A DNA stretch of 64,000 bases. It comes from a virus. The notes beneath the pieces are model-generated. The model worked only from the letters and a program-made list of their open reading frames with translations, was not told the DNA's origin and made no database searches. The stretch covers positions 32,001 to 96,000 of the IMG/VR virus record IMGVR_UViG_3300032180_000001; one strand, written 5' to 3'. Positions 56,848 to 64,000 of the stretch are shown here, piece after piece (positions within the stretch are counted from its first letter, which is position 1; each line of letters begins with the position of its first letter). A program made the translations under genes and the position numbers.

Positions 56848-57594
56848 ATGAGTGAATCGAAGGAGCGCTGGCTCCCTGTTCCAAGGTACGAAGGCCTGTA
56901 TGAGGTATCCGATCTCGGCCAAGTTCGCAGTCTTGATCGTTACATACGAGGAAAGTACGGATCTCGTTTCCTTCGCGGACGAGTTCTTCACCCAGGTTCC
57001 CCTCGAAATGCGCGTCGAACTGTATCGCTGTGCCGCGATGGTGAACGTGAGACTCGTCTCGTAGGTAATCTGGTCCTGGAGGCATTCGTCAGCCCGCGCC
57101 CCGTAGGACAGGTAATACGCCATGGCCGGGCTGGAGGCGGTGCGCTTAATGACAGCCTGGATAATCTTGAATGGGGTACCCCAGAAGAGAACATGGGAGC
57201 GGACTGCCTTCGTGACGGCACAGATCGCAGGGGTGAAAAATGTGGAATGGCAAAGCTGACTGCAGCTATCGTCACGGAGATGCGCATCAGGTACCTGGCT
57301 GGAGAAACAGTAACTTCTCTCGCAGCAGAATTCGGAGTTAGCGAATCGACGGCAAGTAATGCGATAACCGGAAAGAGATGGAGCTGGCTGCCCGGTGCTG
57401 TGCCGATTGACAATAAACGTCGTGGAAAACAAGGAGAAAATCATCACGCTGCAAAGCTTACGGCCGAGATAGTCCGGGAATGCAGAATTCGTTACGCAGC
57501 AGGCGAAACTACATACGCACTTGCCGAAGAGTTCGGAGTAAAACAGCCAACCATGCAAAAGGCCATCTCGGGTAAAACCTGGAAGAACATTTAG
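56848..57594 (+). CDS. NUMOD4-HNH homing endonuclease with two C-terminal HTH repeats
   Basis: WLPVPRYEGLYEVSDLGQVRS; LVLEAF; DSLDNLEWGT..EN; KLTA.IV.E.R.RY..GET..LA.EFGV twice. Confidence 0.92.
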   Translation: MSESKERWLPVPRYEGLYEVSDLGQVRSLDRYIRGKYGSRFLRGRVLHPGSPRNARRTVSLCRDGERETRLVGNLVLEAFVSPRPVGQVIRHGRAGGGALNDSLDNLEWGTPEENMGADCLRDGTDRRGEKCGMAKLTAAIVTEMRIRYLAGETVTSLAAEFGVSESTASNAITGKRWSWLPGAVPIDNKRRGKQGENHHAAKLTAEIVRECRIRYAAGETTYALAEEFGVKQPTMQKAISGKTWKNI

Positions 57595-57628
57595 CCCCGC
57601 GATCACCAAACTGTCCGCAGTCATTTAA

Positions 57629-60600
57629 TTACCACCCGCCATAATTTCCGCGGCTTGCCGCCCGATGTGCCGATCCGGTGAGCGCTTGGCTGAAGGCCGG
57701 TCCCTGCCGGTTGACCGCCGCCGTGTTCGCGTCCATCGACGCCCGCAGGGCACGCATCTCGTTGAGACTTTCCCGCTCGTAGGCAGTCATTCCGTCAGGA
57801 GAAACCGGCCGCGACGATCTGCTGTCACCGTGCCCTCGTGGCGAGATCCAGCCGCTGCGGCTCGGGGTGAGCATTTCCGGAGCGCCGGTCTGGTTGTTGA
57901 TCAGGTTCAGGCCTGGCTGGACGAGACCGCCCTGGTCGAAACGACGGCCGTGCTCGTCTATCCCGTGAATGCCGGTTGCCTTGCCTGCCAGCTTCAGCGC
58001 CTTCGTCTGTCCCTTGTCCATGAGGAACTGCTGCACGGCAAGCTGAGCGGCATCGTAGTTAGCTTGCATGCCCGCGTACAGCCCGCCATTCTGAGTCGCG
58101 GACTTGCCCACCCAGGAGGCGGGGTTGAAGACGTTCGCCACCATCAGGTCGCCGAGTTCCGGCTGCATCGCCCAGCCGAGCGGCGTAACCGAGCCCGGTC
58201 CGGAGATCAGGTATTTTAGCATCGGGTTGGTGGTCAGCGCCCGGACGAGCTGCAGCACGGGCGTGTTCGCCGTCGGCAGCTGCAACCCAGCACCGCCGGG
58301 CAGGGCACCGAGCTTCTGCTCCAGCCCCCGCAGGACCCCTTGGTCACCGGTCACCCTGTTTCCGGCATTGAGGTAGGCCCGGAGCGCCCGCTGGTAATGC
58401 CAGTTGTCGGTTTTCCACTTTTTCGAACCCTTTCTGTCATGCCCCAGGATCCGCTGGTCTGTTTCTGCCACACCGTAAGCGATGTTCGCTGCCTTCTCCG
58501 CGGCGGCGATCTTCTTCTCTTCTGAGGAGATCTGCCGGACCAGAGCGGCCCGCTCCTGCTCGGGAATGGCGGCGAGAACCGCCTCACGGTGCTTAATCGC
58601 CAGCTGGTCTTTCCCGATCGCGAATTCGGCACCCTTGTAAAGCTTGCTGTCCCGGAAGTACCCGGCGTCGTCGTGGTGCTTGCTGTCGTTGGCCATCCCG
58701 GCGGCGGCTTTCGCTGCGGCTGCCTGATCGCGAGTCAGTTTCGCCAGCAGTCCCCGCAGGTACCTGTCGTTGCCCGGGTTCTGCTGGTACTGCGCCACCT
58801 GTTTCGCCGCAGCATTGTAAGCAGCCTGGTCGCCCTTCTCAACCTGCCCGGCATGGAACAGCGCGGCCTGCGCCTTCTGGTAATTTTTCAGCTCGAGACG
58901 GTAAGCCGGGCTGGTCTTGCTGCCCTTGAACCGAGATAGGGTGCCGCCGAGCGACTCCACATTAGCCAGCGCCGCCGCAACGGCGTCTTTTGCATGCGTC
59001 AGGGCCAGGTCGTCGCGCTGGACGGTCTGCTGCGCCTTCTGCAACGGAGTTAGCGCCATCCACGCCTTGTATGCCTTGATGTTCGCCTGCTCGGTCGCGG
59101 CGGCAAACAGCGCGTTCTGCGCCTTGACGCTGTCAGCGGAGTACGCGCCGGTCAGCCCGTGCGCCAAGTCGTAATTCATCTTATTGCCGTAGCGAGTCTC
59201 GGCGCGCTGGTCAGCTGCCAGCGCGGCTTCCATCCCGGCTAGGGTCTGCTTCGGGGTTTTCGGCTTCGGTTTCTGGCCTGGTTTTCTGTTCCGCTGATGC
59301 CCCCCGTGGCCGCCGCTCATGCCGGGGATGCCCAGCCGCTCGCCAACCGTGAGAAGGTTCGGGTTCCCGCCAATCACCGAGCGGTTGGCGTCCCAGATCT
59401 CCGCCCAGTCACCCGCGTTACCGAGGAACCGCGCCGCGATGCCAGAGAGCGTGTCACCCGCCTTCACGTTATAGACTAGGCCACCCTTACTCTTCATGAA
59501 ACTAGCCGCGAGTGATAGTCCGGTAGAGTGCACGTCATTAATGCCATACCGTTCGACACCCTTACCCCAAAGATTAGCTGCCTCTAGTACTGACGTTGTT
59601 GATTTCATCTGACTGATAACTCCCTGATCGCCAGATGAATTGACGAATTCTATAATGGCGGGAAGCTGCGTTTTCATTCCGCCCTTAAAGGCAGCATCAG
59701 AGATAGTACCCGCCGGCGTCCAGCCAATGAGCCCTCGTCCGCCAGTGCCAGCAGCAAACGGGTTCCAGTTCGACTCTCCCCAAATTGATGCCGTAGCGCC
59801 AGCAGCAGCGAACTTTTGTCCGCCGAACAAATTTGTCAGCAGATAGTTATACAGCTCCCTGCCGTTAGCCATTTCCGAGCCAGTAGCACCGCCCGCCGGG
59901 CCGGTCCCAACTCCGCCTGCCAGCGCCGACGCTCCGGCCTTCGCGATGTGCGCAACCGCCTCTTGCGCTAGCTTGGGCGGCATGCCGCTCAGAATCCCGG
60001 CCAGGTTGCGCGTGCCGGTACCTTTCGCCGGATTACCGGTACCTTTCAGCAGGTCAACGACGGCCTTCGCGTTTCCGGCACTCGTTTGCAGCAGCAGATC
60101 GGTACCGACAGCGGAGAGCTTGCCCAGCGCGGAGGGATCCGGCCCGGTCGGAACGGTACTCACGCCGCCGCTGGCCGCGACGGACCCGCCCATGTTCGTT
60201 GGAGTCTGCTTCGTGCCCAGGCTCTTTAGAAATGACCAGAACTCTGCGCCCCCTGCGGTCAGTCCGCCGCCCTGGGTCAGCGGATGGGTGCCGGAAGGAT
60301 CAGCAAAGCCAGTTTCTATCGAGCTGCCATTCATCACGCCGATAACCTGACCGGCAGTGAGGCTTCCGCCTACTTTGAGACCGGGTACCAGCGGAACACC
60401 TTCAGCAAGATAAACAACACTGCCAGCCTTAGGACCGTCATTCAGACGGTAGGTGAAGAAGGTGCCCGGACTTGGTCCAGCGGGCGGACCCCAGCCGCCT
60501 TCTGATGTGCGGAGAATAGTTCCGTTACCAATAGCGAGCACCGGACCTGCACCGGTGAAGTCGACTCCTTGGTCAATCCTTGAACTTCCGGCACTTGAGG

Positions 60601-63600
60601 GAATCGGGTTAACATAGCCACCACCGACCACACCGCCCTTGGCGAACCCCGGAACGCCCATCGCCTTCAGCGCGCTTGCGTGCTTCCGGACGGTCATCTT
60701 GTCAACGACGGCTTCGCCGGGCTCGAGAAGCGCGGGTACGGAGTCGCCGCCGCCGAAGCCGTCGAGTCGGCCACCGCGGGCCATCGTAGCAATCTTCGGG
60801 ATGCTGCCCGAGACGCTTGCCCACGAGCCAATCGAGTTGATGCCAGTCACCAGGTTGTTCAGCCCGCCGATCGACGTGTTAACGGGAGGCTTGATGACAC
60901 TGGTCAGGCGCCCCCAGGCCCCGCCGACGTTGCTGACTCCGGTGGCGAATGCCTGCGGCACCTGGCTCGTGTAGATGGTGGTCATGGTGCTCAGGAACGG
61001 GCTCTTCTGCCAGGCGAGGTGACCGGTCATGATGCCGCGCACCGGCGTGTCGTACTGCGTCGAAGACGTTTTCGCTGATGCGTTGTAGACGCCCGGTATC
61101 GCCTGGGTGTACAGGTTGCTGATACCGGTGCCGAAGGTGCCCTGCTGCCAGTTCAGGTGCTGAGCCATCGTTGTGCGGACCGGCTTGTCATACCTGGACG
61201 AGGCAGCCTGCGCGCTGTTGTCGTAGACCGCTGGCAGCGCCTTGGTGTAGAGCTTGTCCATAGCGGTGCCGAACGTATTCTGCTGCCAGCCGAGATGACC
61301 GGTCAGCGTCTTCTGCACTGGCTTGGCAAACTTATCGCGAGTGCTTGCGGCTGACTTGTCGAGGCTGGCGGGGAGATCCTTGGTGAACACCCTGCTCAGT
61401 CCGTTACTGAACTGTCCCCTGACAAAACCTAGCGCGTCATTCAGGTTCTTTTTCACGGACTTGCCGAGCTTGCCCGTGCCCCCGTCACCGAGTTCGGCAT
61501 GCTTAGCGCTACCACCACCGGTGCTTGTCAGCGTAATTGCATGCGCGGGATGACCCGCTCCGCCGCCACCAACCGATCCGCCGGTCGCATACTTGTTGAG
61601 CCCGTCCAGGAATCCCGGTCCGTACATCTTCTTCAGGTGCGCGGCAGCGGTCTTGGTGAGCACGAACTCGCCGGGGGTGAGCATGGCCGGAACGGTATCA
61701 CCGTGTCCGGTGCCGCCGATGTGACCGCCCTTAGCGTGACCCGGCAGGCCGTACATCAACGCATTGAGTCCCGCCGCGCCAAGCTTTCCGAGGTGCATGG
61801 TATCCGGAACGAGGGTGATCGGGATCCTGAGGGGAGGTGGCTGCTGCACCGTTGGCTTGATGGGCGGCGGCTGCTGCACCTGCGGCTTGATCAGCGTTGA
61901 GTTGATAATGGCGATTTGGTTACTGTTCAACCCGAGATGATGTAGTAGGGCATCAACTTGTCCGGGATCACTGCCAGGCTTGATCTTCAGCTTATTAACG
62001 TCCGCTATCTGCGTGGAATTCAGCCCGATAAGTCCCAGCATTTTGTTCACGTCACGCGGATCACTGCCGGGGTGAATCTTCAGCGCGTTTACTTCGTTGA
62101 TCTTATGCTGGTTCAACTTGAGCCCTTGCAGAAGACCGGTAAGTCCCGCCCGCGCAATAGCCGAGCTGAGCTTGACAGATGGCGGAACCGCATGAATCTT
62201 TCCGGTAAGATCCTTTACACTGGCTGTGGCTTGATTAATCGGGACGTGCGCGTCTGTCAGGATTTTGATGAGCTTTCGCTGATTAGTGCCAATCGCGGTC
62301 TTGTTGTTACTAGCAACAGCCTGCGTCAGGTTATCAATGACAGCTTTCGCCTTTGGCGTCGTGGCGACCATGTCCTTGGTGTACTCAACCGCCTGTGCTT
62401 GAGAATGCTGCTGGTCCTGGATGACACCTGTGTACTTAGAAACCGACGCGGTCGCCTGCGCCTGAGTAGAAAGCCCGTCCTTCACGAGTGAATTGGCCAG
62501 CGCTGTCCGGTCAGCAACTAGCTTCTGTGCGGAAGCGTTGTTGTTCAGGTCCCGCGTGTAGGTGACAAGCGCCCTGCCGATGTCCGGTGGCGTGCCCGTC
62601 GTGCCCGGCTTGGTGATGTCGGCGTACCCCGCAGCAAGATTGACCGGACTCCTGCCCCCGCCCGGTGGCGTGCTGTACATGTCCCCCTTCGGACCTCGTG
62701 CGGGGACATAACCCGCCGGTGATGTGAATCCAGGATGAGGAGGCTGATCAACCGCAGGACGGCCCCGGCTGTCAGTCGGCGGAACATAACCGCCTCGGGT
62801 CACGTGCCCCGGCTGATTAGGCTTCGGTGGCGCTGGCTTGGGCGTCGTCGCAGTAGTGATTGTTGCTGCAGCCGTTGTCGCCGCTCCCGTCGTTATCCCC
62901 GCCGCAGTTGTCGCCGCCCCCGTTGTCGTGCCCGCTGCAGTCGTTGCTGCTCCCGTAAGTGCCGCTCCTGCCTTATTCGCCGCCGTATTTACCGCAGATA
63001 CTCCGGCATTGTTCAGCCTGTTCTGAGCATTTTGGGCAGCAGCCTGAGCGTTCGCGGCAGCAAGAAGCTGCGCCTGGGTAGCCTTGTGCTGGCCGTACAC
63101 CTTGTTCAGGTTCGTCATCTGAGCGACAGCCCCGGCCTGAGCATTATTCAGGGTCTTGTGTGCGGCGGCGAGCTGCGCGGAGGTAGCCGTACCGCTGGCC
63201 AGAAGTTTGTTCAGGTTCAGCTGGGCCGCAGCCGCCGACGCGTTGGCTCCCGTCAGGCCGCTCTGTGCTGCTTTTTTCTGCGCTGTTGTTGCCGGTCCCT
63301 GTGCCATCAAAGCGGTCAGCTTGTTCGTCGCCGCAGTTAGCTTGTTCTGCGCGTAAATCCCCGCGAGGATGGAGGCCCCGGTGACCAGTGGAGTGCCGCT
63401 CGCGCCCGTAGCCGCAGGAGAGACTGCCTTCGCCGCCTTCGCAGGAGAGACGCCCGCTTTTTTCTGCGCTGCCGCGATTGAAGCAGGTGTAGCACTGTAC
63501 GTCCCCGCCGGAACTGTAACTCCCGGCGCACCGAACTGATCGAAAACCGAACCGCCAGCTGCGAACTTATTCATTTTATGCAGGACGTCCGGCCCAAATT

Positions 63601-64000
63601 TATTCTCTAGCTTCTTCCGGGCATTCTTGTTGATCACGAACTCGCCGGGAGTCAGCAGCGCTGGCACTGTATCGCCACTGCCGCTACCGGGAACATGACC
63701 GCCCTTAGCGTAAGTAAATTCGAAGCTCAGGCCGAACGGAAGCGAAACGTGGACATGATGGCCGGTAAGCGCATTGTTAATAACATTGAAGAGAGTATTG
63801 CCGAGACCCGCGAGCCCGCTGATAGCCTCATCCCAGAGGTGCGCGGCCTCATGGCGCATCCCGTCGAAGATGACCGCGCCTTCCTGAAGGGCGGTGCTCA
63901 CCAGCCCGCTGAGCCCGCTGATCGCCTCGTCCCAGAGATGGGCACCTTCATGACGCATCCCGTCGAAGATGACCGCGCCTTCCTGGATAGCGTTGTTCAC
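57629..64000 (-). CDS. Tape measure protein, partial (start beyond window), with M23-like, tail-lysozyme and LysM domains
   Basis: >2100 aa Ala/Gly-rich; repeated A.GG..G.GD.VPA.L.PGE motif; DQGVD M23-like; WGES lysozyme; YNVKAGDTLS LysM; 33-aa repeats at 63790-64000. Confidence 0.9.
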   Translation of the reverse strand: MNNAIQEGAVIFDGMRHEGAHLWDEAISGLSGLVSTALQEGAVIFDGMRHEAAHLWDEAISGLAGLGNTLFNVINNALTGHHVHVSLPFGLSFEFTYAKGGHVPGSGSGDTVPALLTPGEFVINKNARKKLENKFGPDVLHKMNKFAAGGSVFDQFGAPGVTVPAGTYSATPASIAAAQKKAGVSPAKAAKAVSPAATGASGTPLVTGASILAGIYAQNKLTAATNKLTALMAQGPATTAQKKAAQSGLTGANASAAAAQLNLNKLLASGTATSAQLAAAHKTLNNAQAGAVAQMTNLNKVYGQHKATQAQLLAAANAQAAAQNAQNRLNNAGVSAVNTAANKAGAALTGAATTAAGTTTGAATTAAGITTGAATTAAATITTATTPKPAPPKPNQPGHVTRGGYVPPTDSRGRPAVDQPPHPGFTSPAGYVPARGPKGDMYSTPPGGGRSPVNLAAGYADITKPGTTGTPPDIGRALVTYTRDLNNNASAQKLVADRTALANSLVKDGLSTQAQATASVSKYTGVIQDQQHSQAQAVEYTKDMVATTPKAKAVIDNLTQAVASNNKTAIGTNQRKLIKILTDAHVPINQATASVKDLTGKIHAVPPSVKLSSAIARAGLTGLLQGLKLNQHKINEVNALKIHPGSDPRDVNKMLGLIGLNSTQIADVNKLKIKPGSDPGQVDALLHHLGLNSNQIAIINSTLIKPQVQQPPPIKPTVQQPPPLRIPITLVPDTMHLGKLGAAGLNALMYGLPGHAKGGHIGGTGHGDTVPAMLTPGEFVLTKTAAAHLKKMYGPGFLDGLNKYATGGSVGGGGAGHPAHAITLTSTGGGSAKHAELGDGGTGKLGKSVKKNLNDALGFVRGQFSNGLSRVFTKDLPASLDKSAASTRDKFAKPVQKTLTGHLGWQQNTFGTAMDKLYTKALPAVYDNSAQAASSRYDKPVRTTMAQHLNWQQGTFGTGISNLYTQAIPGVYNASAKTSSTQYDTPVRGIMTGHLAWQKSPFLSTMTTIYTSQVPQAFATGVSNVGGAWGRLTSVIKPPVNTSIGGLNNLVTGINSIGSWASVSGSIPKIATMARGGRLDGFGGGDSVPALLEPGEAVVDKMTVRKHASALKAMGVPGFAKGGVVGGGYVNPIPSSAGSSRIDQGVDFTGAGPVLAIGNGTILRTSEGGWGPPAGPSPGTFFTYRLNDGPKAGSVVYLAEGVPLVPGLKVGGSLTAGQVIGVMNGSSIETGFADPSGTHPLTQGGGLTAGGAEFWSFLKSLGTKQTPTNMGGSVAASGGVSTVPTGPDPSALGKLSAVGTDLLLQTSAGNAKAVVDLLKGTGNPAKGTGTRNLAGILSGMPPKLAQEAVAHIAKAGASALAGGVGTGPAGGATGSEMANGRELYNYLLTNLFGGQKFAAAGATASIWGESNWNPFAAGTGGRGLIGWTPAGTISDAAFKGGMKTQLPAIIEFVNSSGDQGVISQMKSTTSVLEAANLWGKGVERYGINDVHSTGLSLAASFMKSKGGLVYNVKAGDTLSGIAARFLGNAGDWAEIWDANRSVIGGNPNLLTVGERLGIPGMSGGHGGHQRNRKPGQKPKPKTPKQTLAGMEAALAADQRAETRYGNKMNYDLAHGLTGAYSADSVKAQNALFAAATEQANIKAYKAWMALTPLQKAQQTVQRDDLALTHAKDAVAAALANVESLGGTLSRFKGSKTSPAYRLELKNYQKAQAALFHAGQVEKGDQAAYNAAAKQVAQYQQNPGNDRYLRGLLAKLTRDQAAAAKAAAGMANDSKHHDDAGYFRDSKLYKGAEFAIGKDQLAIKHREAVLAAIPEQERAALVRQISSEEKKIAAAEKAANIAYGVAETDQRILGHDRKGSKKWKTDNWHYQRALRAYLNAGNRVTGDQGVLRGLEQKLGALPGGAGLQLPTANTPVLQLVRALTTNPMLKYLISGPGSVTPLGWAMQPELGDLMVANVFNPASWVGKSATQNGGLYAGMQANYDAAQLAVQQFLMDKGQTKALKLAGKATGIHGIDEHGRRFDQGGLVQPGLNLINNQTGAPEMLTPSRSGWISPRGHGDSRSSRPVSPDGMTAYERESLNEMRALRASMDANTAAVNRQGPAFSQALTGSAHRAASRGNYGGW

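Noticed and set aside
1-64000. tRNA, rRNA, integrase/att, DGR reverse transcriptase, capsid/terminase
   Set aside because: None recognised by eye; tRNAscan/Infernal not run

Overview
64 kb of a large tailed actinobacteriophage (or prophage) genome. Host is inferred to be a morphologically complex actinomycete (SsgA, WhiB, two Lsr2, DUF1707, DUF1876). Layout: leftward replication genes (1-2.1 kb); a rightward accessory block (2.3-29.2 kb); a leftward block (29.2-36.2 kb); a rightward block of small early-type genes (36.3-47.1 kb); and the leftward tail/lysis operon (47.1-64 kb), whose tape measure gene runs off the window. No capsid, terminase, integrase, tRNA, rRNA or CRISPR array was seen. 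Best finding: at 26.8-29.2 kb, a TIGR-Tas-like RNA-guided locus. It has 15 intergenic stem-loop units with a fixed-length core TCCA-N8-ACGA(T/A/C)AGCCA-N8-ACGG and all-different 8-nt spacers, split into three subarrays around an unknown 181-aa gene and a nuclease-less Nop/IS110-like gene. A 16th complete unit is hidden in-frame inside the 181-aa ORF. Also notable: a polysaccharide synthesis/remodelling cassette (HAS/NodC-like GT2, NodB deacetylase, GH26, UDP-sugar dehydrogenase, GH18-LysM); a twice-repeated covarying hairpin; a tandem Zn-ribbon mini-gene array with conserved junctions; and several HNH insertions flanked by duplicated gene ends. Protein family calls rest on motifs recognised by eye, not on database searches.
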